This document shows positions 53,241-63,200 of a stretch of DNA of 64,000 bases, in pieces. A program made the position numbers and the translations under genes. Within the stretch, counting starts at the first letter, position 1. Every line of letters begins with the position of its first letter. The notes beneath the pieces were generated by a model that saw nothing but the letters and a program-made list of their open reading frames with translations, was not told where the DNA came from and ran no database searches. Source of the stretch: Eledone cirrhosa (Eukaryota). Location: positions 195,238,001 through 195,302,000 of the forward strand of contig OZ024741.1 in the NCBI GenBank assembly GCA_964016885.1, in the 5' to 3' direction.

Positions 53241-53426
53241 GGCGGTGGATTGGCAGTATCGGTAGAGGATCGGATGCCATGCTTTGAAGCATAGAGTTAC
53301 CTCCCTGTATGATCTGAGTTCAAATCCCGCCGAGGTTAACTTTGCCTTTCATCCTTCCGGGGTCGATAGAATAAAGTACCAGTAATGCATTGGGTAATTG
53401 CTGGCCTTGTGCCAAAAGTATAAACA
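53241..53426 (+). mobile_element. tRNA-derived SINE (short subfamily, full length)
   Basis: A box ~53251-53262, B box GAGTTCAAATCC at 53316-53327. 19-bp TSD ATTAATTTATAGCAATAAA at 53222-53240 and 53427-53445. Confidence 0.95.
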
Positions 53427-53690
53427 ATTAATTTATAGCAATAAAGCTACAAGTACACAGAATTTTATGTGAGGTCGGGGAAAAGTGTGGTACTTAAAAA
53501 ATTGTTTTAAAAAAAAATGCAAACGGATCATCGCCGTTGAGGTGGATTTTGGCAGTTCCGACCCCTACCAACGGTATTGTTAATACACCTGGGTTCACAG
53601 TGTCTGACAGAAGCCAAACGTACGCTGTCCACTGGAGTAAGACATGAGGGACAAAATGTTATATATATATATATAGAGCCAAAGAAATGT

Positions 53691-53901
53691 AACAACTTTA
53701 GCAGAAAAAGCTTGGACGCTCAGGGATAGCCATCAAAAGTTTACGCTAAAATGGGAGAAATGAGCTAAAACCCAAAGCTTTTCCAGGAGCCAAAATTTCT
53801 GAAAATTGTGTAATCTTGAGATTTATTACATAATCACACACAAGAAGAAATTGCTTAATAACAGAATTGAACGAACATTATTCTGCCGTCACCGAACTAA
53901 A
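53691..53901 (+). pseudogene. Remnant of a Penelope-like element GIY-YIG endonuclease C-terminus
   Basis: Hand translation gives TTLAEKAWTLRDSHQKFTLKWEK*...KLCNL...LLNNRIERTLFCRHRTK, matching the Penelope pattern T.LS..IW.LK...IKW...CNLC...LN.R.E...CRH. Contains stops and frameshifts. Confidence 0.6.
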
Positions 53902-54109
53902 ACCCTTTTTTCCCACTACAAGCTGAATATTACATAAAAGAGGGACATCCCCCCAACTATATAAACCTCAATCTAGTTAGAAAAATATAAAAACAATCTC
54001 TTCTCAACATATATATGTATATTAATAACCTTAAATTACCACACTAACAATGGATAGATATGCTGGTGAGATTAGGTGCGAATATGCTATAATGAATGTG
54101 TCTAAAAAC

Positions 54110-54480
54110 GACCATATGTATGTATATATATGTGAAAATGTATATAAATAAGTAAATATATATATATGTTTGATGTGTATAGTTAGATGTATTAGTTGTA
54201 TTCATGTATTAAAGTGTTTATATATATATATATATATATATATACATAGACAGGAGTATGTATGTATATATGTGTGTGTCTATACGTGTGTATATAAAGA
54301 TAAGTTGAGTATGAAAATGTATACACATGAATGCGTATGTATGTACATATATATATGTATATATATGTATATATATATATGTGCATGTATATATGTATGT
54401 AGGTATGAGCATGTAAGTATGTGTATGTGAGTATATGTATTTTGTAGAGGTGTGCATATATGTTTGTGTGTGAATGCGTG
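54110..54480 (+). repeat. Low-complexity TA/TG-rich tract
   Basis: Degenerate (TA)n/(TG)n/(TATG)n. Confidence 0.85.
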
Positions 54481-54779
54481 GGCGAAAGGATACGTACACT
54501 TGAAAGAAAAATTTAAGTCTGAATGTTAATTAAGTGCAAACACAAAACCAACCACGCATATCTATACTATCTCTAATCCTTCTATAGATTTAGAAAAAAT
54601 AACCAACGCCAAATAATATATTCTATAAAAATGTCAAAACAACAGATGGGAATCTAATTACTCACTGCCACCAAAAATTCTCACTGCTATCAAAAAACCA
54701 CTCCCTTAACTATTCTTCTAACAACTTCACCCCTCCCTCCTAATATTCTCTATAAAAACCAAACAGGTTCTCAATAAAA

Positions 54780-54900
54780 TTATTCTGATGAAATGACAGT
54801 TGATAATAACATTGAAATATTGAATGTCTGCATAACTAATACTTTGTAGATAGCAGCTGTTTTCAGGTTATGTAACTGTTATTGAAACACGTGTCAATAA
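54780..54900 (+). ncRNA. Type I hammerhead ribozyme, Penelope-like (palindromic minimal stem III), with long stem II
   Basis: Stem I TTATT(54780-84)/AATAA(54896-900); core CTGATGA 54785-91; stem II AATGACAGTT(54792-801)/AACTGTTATT(54874-83); GAAA 54884-87; stem III AC-ACGT-GT; GUC cleavage triplet ending at 54895. TATAAAA upstream at 54751. Confidence 0.75.
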
Positions 54901-54940
54901 ATTCCTTTTAACTGAACTGTATGCATTTAAATCCTTCTCC

Positions 54941-54970
<30 letters not shown>

Positions 54971-54975
<5 letters not shown>

Positions 54976-55588
54976 TATTAAAATAACAAATTAAAGTTTA
55001 AGCAAAGAATCGCTGCTTTCACCCTTAACAGGATCTTCTGAAACTAACAAAGTCAATCTGTAAACGCAGAAGTGGATATTTAAAAAAACGTTGCAACCGG
55101 AGGAAGACAGGAAGGCGATACTTTGGTTCGTGGAAACATTCCCTGGCAAAGAACGGGAAAAAAACGAATATAGTACGTCATTAATAGGAGCGGTGAAAAG
55201 CAATTACACGCAAAGACAGAACCACGTTTATGGTATAAAAGAAGTCGTAGACTAATATCGACTTCTGCGTTAAGGGTGAAAGCAGCGATTCTTTGCTTAA
55301 ACTTTAATCTGTTATTTTAATAAATATTTGCTCTACGGTTCTTATATATTTGATATATATTTATCCTTATCGAGCCCTCTTTGGATTTTAGTCTTCAAAT
55401 TTATTATTATTACTATATATATATATATATATAAATAACAGATTAAAGTTTAAGCAACGAATCGCTGCTTTCAACCTTAACGGGATCTGTTATTTTAATA
55501 AATATTTGCTCTACCGTTCTTATATATTTGATATATATTTATCCTTATCGAGCCCTCTTTAGATTTTAGTCTTCAAATTTATTATTAT

Positions 55589-55591
<3 letters not shown>
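54971..55591. mobile_element. Fold-back (inverted plus direct) repeat cluster in (TA)n, probably Penelope-like pseudo-LTR ends
   Basis: Arm 54971-55080 is inverted relative to 55254-55327; a third arm lies at 55433-55488; direct repeat 55307-55413 / 55485-55591. The PLE assignment is an inference from the architecture and the embedded hammerhead-like motif. Confidence 0.6.
54995..55045 (-). ncRNA. Variant type I hammerhead-like motif
   Basis: Minus strand reads AGTTT-CAGAAGA-TCCTgttaaGGGT-GAAA-GCAgcgattcttTGC-TT-AAACT. Stems I, II and III pair; the core deviates (U4A and a U.U pair at 10.1-11.1). Confidence 0.45.

Positions 55592-55635
<44 letters not shown>
55592..55635 (+). repeat. (TA)n microsatellite
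   Basis: Directly visible. Confidence 0.97.
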
Positions 55636-55639
<4 letters not shown>

Positions 55640-55868
55640 CACGAGCGGCTTCCCGGTCCTCACCCTTATTTGTGCTGGGTTCAAATCTATCTATTCATAA
55701 GGCATCTATTGTCATTTCTCGCAATGCCTAATTTCCTTAGATTAAAAGATGTTAAATGGTATTTAAATAGTGCATAACATAATCTAAAAAAAATATTTAG
55801 AATATCTAAATACAGAGAGTAACAAAGAAAATAACAGAAAAATGTATTCTACGACCATTCTGAAACAT

Positions 55869-56260
55869 TTACAGAACTTCGGTATATACAATGTTTTTAA
55901 CTTCTTTTTTTAAGAGTTTGTGGGGTCTTCCTAGTCTGGAATAACCTTCATACAATTGACTATCTGAGAAACATCCCTCTTCTAGATGGAGACTGCAGGG
56001 TTTGACCATGGGACTTGTTAATGGTCATTGCGTAACTGTTTGGAACGAAGTGGGGCATCTGTTGGTATTAGCAATATTCTAGGTATAAATGTGATGTCTC
56101 CCTTACCACCACATCCAGTGAGGATTTTTACTTCAGTGACGTGAGATTTTAGTCCAGTTACAATCATACGCGTCCCTTTGCACAATCATGGTTGATCCAG
56201 GTTTCTGGGATGCATGGTGACTGCGCCTTTCTTCAAGTCAAGATTGTGGGGGCAGCTTAC
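55869..56260 (-). pseudogene. Decayed Helitron PIF1-family helicase C-terminus (absent from the ORF track)
   Basis: Hand translation gives PHNLDLKKGAVTMHPRNLDQP*LCKGTRMIVTGLKSHVTEVKILTG...TFIPRILLIPTDAP...YAMTINKSHGQTL...CFSDSQLYEGYSRLG...KNIVYTEVL*. A degenerate Helitron-like 3' end lies near 55640-55665. Confidence 0.85.
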
Positions 56261-57075
56261 CGAACAGTTCCAGATTGTTGAGAAATTCAATGTTGTAATG
56301 AACAACATCCAGGGATCATTTGTGAGAGATGTTACTGATGGTATTCACTGTGATATTTTCGGGGACAAAGATTGCTCTTTCACACTGCCACTCCTCATTG
56401 GAATAGTGGATTTCAAAATTGAAGAACACTTAATTAAGCTTACAACGTTTTCCACAGCAGTACAAAACATCCTTCACTAACAAGGGATTGCTTTTCTATA
56501 AATTTAAACAGCTGAGAAGTGCTTATCTATAACTCCGTAAGTCATCCTACCTTCCGGCCTCTGTTATTCGCACTGAAGAAATCTTCGAGGATGAGAAAAT
56601 CCGAGGTTTTCACCCTGCCCCCATCCGGTGTTCAGAAAAGAAGGCGATTGCAAGCATGTCGGGAGTCAGATAAGTTTAAACCACATGAAAAAATTTAGAA
56701 AAAAAAAAAAATCATCACGATCCCCAGCGGGTGCTTTTCTATAAACTTAAACGGTTGAGAAGTGCTTATCTGTAACTCCGAGTCCCTCCTCACTCCTTGG
56801 CTCCGTTTTCGGAAAATGGAGTCGTTGGCAAGAGAGTTGGATATTAGATCGTTCGAAAATAAAGGAAAAAAAAACTGGAAAAGAAAAAGATAATATTGTA
56901 CAAAATACTTGTCTATATCTGCCAGGATTTACAAGTTATGCCAACACGATAGACAGCATGGATTAATAACGTTTAACCCAAGGCTGCAGATACAAACAAA
57001 ACCAGACATCATTTCCGTAGAAAGTGGTGCGAAATATATACTTTATTGCATTGCAACTTTATTTAATTGACGTAC

Positions 57076-57201
57076 TTCCTCTGATGATTGATTCGCATCT
57101 CCCATAACTTTACCAAAATGAATAGATGGTAATCGATGATCGATTGCTTAGATCGATTTTAAGTTATGGTTCTTCTTGAATCATGAAATAGCCATTAGGA
57201 A
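57076..57201 (+). ncRNA. Type I hammerhead ribozyme-like motif with branched long stem II
   Basis: Stem I TTCCT(57076-80)/AGGAA(57197-201); CTGATGA 57081-87; stem II TGATTC/GAATCA with inner CCATAACTT(57102-10)/AAGTTATGG(57161-69); GAAA 57185-88; near-palindromic stem III AT-AGCC-AT; AUU triplet. U.U at 10.1-11.1. Confidence 0.6.
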
Positions 57202-57764
57202 ATAAGAACTTTTTTCCACTTCGAAGTACGTATTCTTCCTAAATATTATGTGGTTAATGTAATTTTATAGTAAAAGGAATAATATGTTTTATGTGGACAA
57301 GATGGAATTACCTCATGTTTTTTTTTGCATTAGACCTCTATACTGTAATATACACATGTGCAATTATACACATGTGCAATGCAGGAGAGGTCGAAAGTCA
57401 TGTAGCAGTAGTCAGCTAGTATCACTTGTTGCTAGAAAATTGCTAAAAAATGTAAACAAAATTTTCACCGTGAGATTCTGGTGTGTTCGAGGAGATGAAT
57501 GTGTTGGGGGTAATTGTTCATAAAATGATTTATTTTGATAATGAGGAAGAAATAATTGTAAATCAATATTTGGCGTGAAATTGTATTTGGTAATACTTTA
57601 ATGAATAATTAGCTCCATGGGTAATTATTTTTAACACATTAGGATTTCGCACACATACTTGTTTGAATTTTTTTTAAAGGAAATATGATACGTAGCCTTA
57701 TGTACAGTTTATTATAATAAATTACCGTATTTCCTTTTTTTATATTTGAAAAGAGAAATTCTTT

Positions 57765-57767
<3 letters not shown>

Positions 57768-57848
<81 letters not shown>

Positions 57849-57864
57849 ATATATATATATATAC

Positions 57865-57895
<31 letters not shown>

Positions 57896-57900
57896 GAGAG
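57768..57900 (+). repeat. Compound (CA)n-(TA)n-(GA)n microsatellite
   Basis: Directly visible. Confidence 0.97.
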
Positions 57901-57943
57901 CAAGTTTGTTTATGAAACAGCGAGCAAAGTTTGAAAATAAAGT

Positions 57944-58080
57944 AGAAATATAAGCTTACGCCGTATTTGACTAACGAAGTTAGACTGATAGTGGGGATTT
58001 TTAAAACCATCAGAGGGTTTTAAAAATCCTCATAATCAGACTCACCTCGTTAGTCAAATACGGCGTAAGCTTGTATTTCT
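57944..58080. repeat. 137-bp near-perfect palindrome (65-bp arms, 7-nt loop)
   Basis: Arms 57944-58008 and 58016-58080 match at 58 of 65 positions by manual comparison. Confidence 0.92.
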
Positions 58081-58096
58081 TTTATATATATATATA

Positions 58097-58826
58097 CTAG
58101 CAGAATGGGCAGGCGTTACTCGGGATTCTAAACATAGATTGGCATGTTTATCGCTCCTTTCTGAAACAGTACAGAGAAGTACGGAATACCTCGGCCTGGG
58201 AATGGTGTCTACATTTTGTGCTTATAAAAAGAATTCGTCTTATATTAACAGGGGTTTAACTTAATTGGGTGCCTGAGAGTAAAATGTTCAACCCACGAAA
58301 GCCAAGACGATAAGGTTAAGTAAAATGGCATTCGACAAACCGAACATGTATTTGTTGTGCTATGGTACAAGGAAAGCAATAGTTACAGAGCAGTAAGCAT
58401 GTGGGACTGTAGTGGTGGAGAGCATGAAGAAATTTAGTTGGAGACTTTTAAGGTTATAGGCACTAACGCAACCTAAATGCTAAACAATGCGGTCCCCGGG
58501 CAAAAGTTTGAAATCTTTTTCAGTCAAGAAAATTTGTGAAACATAAGTAATGCATATGCAAAGTTTTACAAAAATCGGTTGGGTACTTCTCGAGTTACAG
58601 GCCCTATCGCAACCAAAATGCTTTTAAAAATCGTTTTTCGCCTAATGCGGTCCCTGGGACAAAAAAATGAGAAAATCTTTTTTGCTCAAAACACTTTAAA
58701 CGACATAAGTAATGCAAATTTTGAAGAAATCGCCTGGATTCTTGTTCCGTTATGCCTAAAAAAAGTCTTTAAGGACTAAAATATGCGGCTTTTCGCCTAG
58801 GGCATTGAATTTATATATATATATAC
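58097..58826 (-). mobile_element. Probable non-autonomous Helitron-like element
   Basis: Minus-strand end CCCGAGTAACGCCTGCCCATTCTGCTAG|T (degenerate subterminal hairpin + CTAG). Internal diverged direct repeats AATGCGGTCCC...CATAAGTAATGCA...AAATCG at ~58487 and ~58644. The other boundary is uncertain. Confidence 0.45.
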
Positions 58827-58904
58827 AATGACTGTTGAGTGCTCTAAATCAGTTATAAACATTTATATTTGTCGGACTTCCAACAAATTAAATACCCTTC
58901 TACT

Positions 58905-58915
58905 TATATATATAT

Positions 58916-58996
<81 letters not shown>
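58905..58996 (+). repeat. (TA)n microsatellite
   Basis: Directly visible. Confidence 0.97.
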
Positions 58997-59029
58997 ATTC
59001 TGCTGTTCTCATTCTTCTTTTAAATTACC

Positions 59030-60164
59030 GCTAAACCTGGTCACAAATGACAGTCCAATTTGTAACATAAGCAAAGGCTCAGGTTCAGCAGAAGCATTGC
59101 GCCAATACCATCCGATCATTTCGGATGAATGCACCATGTCACATAGAGGTGCAATGACATTACCAGTCATTACCAGTCATTCTGAGGGGAACAAGAACTG
59201 ATGAAATAAAAGCATGCATTAAGTCTTCGCACACATGGAACACAGTACAGACATTCTCCTTCAAAACTAACATGCGAGCTTTATTACACAGGGACCAATG
59301 TACAGAACAGTTTTCAACCCGACTCCTTCAATTAGGAAATTGGAAAGTACCAATTGATGGGAATGGTTATATCAACTTGGCTTATATTGCTATCATGGAG
59401 GATTCCCCATCTGAATTGAAGAACAGGGTATTTCCAGATTAAATAATTATAATTCACACAAATGGTTGCGTGAAATGGCATTTCTTGATCTCAAAAAATG
59501 AGACAGTAGCAATGATTAAGCATAAATTAATGAATAAGATTCCAATAGTCATTAATTGTTTCTACTTTAGGCACAAGGCCAGCAATTACCCAGTGCATTA
59601 CTGGTACTTTATTTTATCGACCCCGTAAGGATGAAAGGCAAAGTCAACCTCGGCGGGATTTGAACTCAGATCGATTCCAATAGTCATTAATGAGTACAAA
59701 TCAGCTGATTCAGCCCATGATGAAAATCAAGCTGTCCAATACCCAACAGAGTTCCTTAATTTTTGAGCCACCTGGAACTCCTCCACATAAACTTTTTCTG
59801 AGAGTAGAAGTCCCAATAATGCTTCCAAGAAATTTAGATCCTCCTAAATTATGCAATGGGACAAGGTTGGTTGCCATGTGCTTCTGGGGAACAGATTTTA
59901 ATTATAAGAATTCCAATCAAACCAACAGACATGCAATTTGAGTTCAAACGAACACAAATCCCAGTGCAACTTTGCTTCGCGATATATTTTAATAAAGCTC
60001 AAGGTCAGACTTTCAAATCTACTGGCTTGCACTTAATTGAGCCTCGCTTTTCTCATGGTCATCTTTATGTTGATTGCTCCAGGGTGGGTAGTTTACAAGA
60101 CTTGTTTGTTTATGCCCCAAAACAGAAAACAAGGAATGTTGTTTACTCAGAAGCTCTTATGTAA
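59030..60164 (+). pseudogene. Decayed Helitron PIF1-family DNA helicase
   Basis: DECTM (Walker B region), EIKACIKSS, TNMR, PPGTPPHKLFLR...RNLDPPKLCNGTRL, FAIYFNKAQGQT, FSHGHLYVDCSRV, TRNVVYSEALM*. Frameshifted and interrupted by a SINE. Confidence 0.88.
59557..59672 (-). mobile_element. 5'-truncated SINE (short subfamily) inserted into the Helitron helicase
   Basis: Starts just upstream of the B box. 19-bp TSD GATTCCAATAGTCATTAAT at 59538-59556 and 59673-59691. Confidence 0.95.
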
Positions 60165-60238
60165 TTTCCTTCAACATATAAGATAGAATGTGATAGAATT
60201 TATCTCCCTTCATAAAAGCGGCAAAGTTTGTATTTTCG

Positions 60239-60239
<1 letters not shown>

Positions 60240-60275
<36 letters not shown>
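60240..60275 (+). repeat. (ATT)n target/tail tract of the adjacent Dong-like element
   Basis: About 12 perfect ATT units abutting the element's 3' end. Confidence 0.95.
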
Positions 60276-60276
<1 letters not shown>

Positions 60277-63200
60277 TCTTTGAGTCTCAGTCATTGATGT
60301 TAGTTAACTGGAAAGTTTGTTGAAATGAATATCAAGCCACTACCTGCAGCCTCAGATATTCAGGACGTATCGGAGGGTTCTTGCTGTTCCCAGCAAGCAT
60401 GCTTTTGAAGCGTTCCAAAAAGCGTGAAGGAGCCAATTTTCTTTAACCATCCCTGGAAACTTTTTGAGATAATCCCTAGTGCGCCTATGACAATCGGGAT
60501 CACTTTGACTTCATGGCAGTTCCAAATCATTTTTACCTCCCACTCTAAGTCCTGGTATCGGTTAATTTTCTCCCTCTCCTTCTCTTGCACTCTCGTGTTG
60601 AATGGGCAGGCCACATCCACAACCAGGCACGATCTTTTTTCTTTGTCCAAAACCACCAGGTCAGGTCTATTGTGTTCCAGTTTCTTGTCCGTCTGTATCC
60701 TAAAATCCCATAGCACCTTCATCTGATCGTTTTCTATCACCGCCTCTGGCTTATGCTCATACCACTTCTCAGAATGTGGTAAATTGTTTACTTTGCATAG
60801 GTGCCAGTGGATCACCCTGCCCATCACATCATGTCTCCAGCCCTTATAGTGAGTCTGGGCTAGGTGTTTACACTCGGATACAATGTGAGCCACAGTCTCC
60901 TCTCTCCACAGATCCTGCACAGTGGGCTAGCCTCCTCCTTGTAAATATGGTGTTTCAACCACTTCTTTTGTGGGCCTGCTCCTGCGCAACCATTAACATT
61001 CCTTCTGTAGCCTTTTTAAGGTCTCCTCTTTTCAACCAGTTCCATGTCTGTGGATCTCTAAATTCAGTTTTCTCAAAGAAGGTACTATGAAGGGATTTTT
61101 CCTGAAGGCTGCTCTTTCTCCTTGATGTTATTTCCTCCTTGGACATCCCCTGGCCTATTGTCCCCTCCTTCAGTAAAGTTCTGAGCATTGGCACCCTCCT
61201 ATCAGTCACGTATTTGTGTAGGTTGTTTTTTTCCATCTGAACACAGTCCTCTATGCTGATAAGACCTCTTCCACCCTCAGATCTCCTTAAGTAGAGTCTA
61301 TCGACATCACTCCTCTTGTGGAACATATTGTAGATAGTCAATAGCTTCCTAGTCTTCCTATCCATTTCTTTTTGTTCAGCAACATTCCATCTCAGAATTC
61401 CCGCAATGTACCTAATAATAGACACAGCTCGGGAATTTACTGCACTTATGGCATTCCTACTGTTCAGATGTGACTTTAATACGCTCCTTACTCTCCGAAT
61501 GTATTCAGTTCTTATCAATTCCTTCATTTTTTTGTTCTTGATGTCATCAGCCTCCAGAACGCGCAAATACTTGTATCCTTCCTCAGAGTCAATTTCTTTT
61601 ATCATCTCACCTGTTGGTATCTGGATTCCGTTACTTCTGCTCAACTTACCCCTCCTCATCACAATGACTCCACACTTACTAATACCAAATTGCATACATA
61701 TATCATTGCTGAAAATACGGACAGTGTCAACAAGCACATCCAACTCCTTCTCACTCTTCCCGAAGAGTTTAAGATCGTCCATGAAGAGGAGGTGATTGAT
61801 GGTAAGCCCTCCCTTTCCCAACCTGCATCCTGCTCTCACTTTTCGCAGTACACTGGTCAGGGGCATCAGGGCAAGGACAAACAACAGAGGGGACAGACTA
61901 TCTCCCTGGAAGATACCTCTCTTGATCTTCACGCTTCCCAAGGATTCTCCAGTTGATGTTAACTCTGTTTCCCAGGACTTCATACTTTTGCCCAACAACT
62001 GTCTGATGTTATCTGCCACCTTGAAGATCTCCAGGCTTTTGGTGATCCAAGAATGAGCCACCATGTCAAATGCCTTTTTGTAGTCTATCCATCCCATAGC
62101 AAGACCAGTGTGTCTCCTCTTGCAATTCCTCATTACCATCTTATCAATAAGTAACTGGTCCTTTGTACCACGTGACTTCTTTCGGCATTCTTTCTGTTCG
62201 TCCGGTAACAAGTTATTTGTATGGAGGTGATGGTAGATTTCCTCAGACATAATGCTTGTCAACAGTTTCCACATTACGGACAGACATGTGATAGGTCTAT
62301 AGTTGGTAACATCATTACCCTTGGTTCGGTCTTTCATTATCAGAACTGTGGAACCTTTTGTCAACCACTCTGGTACCTCACCTGACATCAAGCAGTCATT
62401 GAACATGGTTGTCAGTTTCGGGTGGAGGGATGTTATGTTTTTAATCCAATACCCCTGCACACCATCTGGGCCAGGTGATTTCCAGTTGGTTAGTTTTTTG
62501 GCCTGCCCCTTAAGAGTTTCAACTGTGATACTCAAATCAGTTTGTTGGCGTGCCTGTTCACTGATCTCCTTCTGTACTGTCTTAATCCACACTGCCTGGT
62601 CATTATGTTTAACATCCTGCTCCCATATTCCTCTCCAGAATGTCTTAGTTTGTTCCGCCTCAGGGATCAAGTCGTTGCCTCTTTCTTTCCCTTCAAGCTG
62701 TCCAAACAGCATCTTCTGGTTGTTGTCGAACATGCGGTTCTGTCTATACTGACTGACTCTGTTCTCGTATCGCCTGATTTTTGCACTCTTTGCTACAATG
62801 CGTTGCTTCAGTTCCTCTATGATAATATTTAGCTTTTTCCTCCTAGTTTTGTACTTTATTTCCAGTCTATTTTTAGTGTCTATGTTTTTTAGTGTCCCAT
62901 TCAGTAGGGACTCAAGCTTTCTAATGTCATTTCTCATTTTCCTGATTTGACCACTCAGTCGTTTCTTCCACCAAGGCTCTGCTCTTTCTTGTCTGTTGTT
63001 TCCTCTCGCTTTTATACCAAGTAGTTTCCTCACCGTATTTGCTGTTGCTTTGAGGATCTTGTTGCAATGGTGAAGGCTCCTCGCCTCAAGGTATGGGATG
63101 ACTTTGTTTACCTTAGCTGTTGTTTCTTTTAACTTTTTCCTGTCTACAAATCTTAGGTTCATAGGTCTCCCACTATCATTGTTCAATTCATCTACCACTA

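Noticed and set aside
53241-53330. tRNA gene
   Set aside because: A and B boxes are present, but no cloverleaf is evident and the sequence continues into a SINE body with a TSD.
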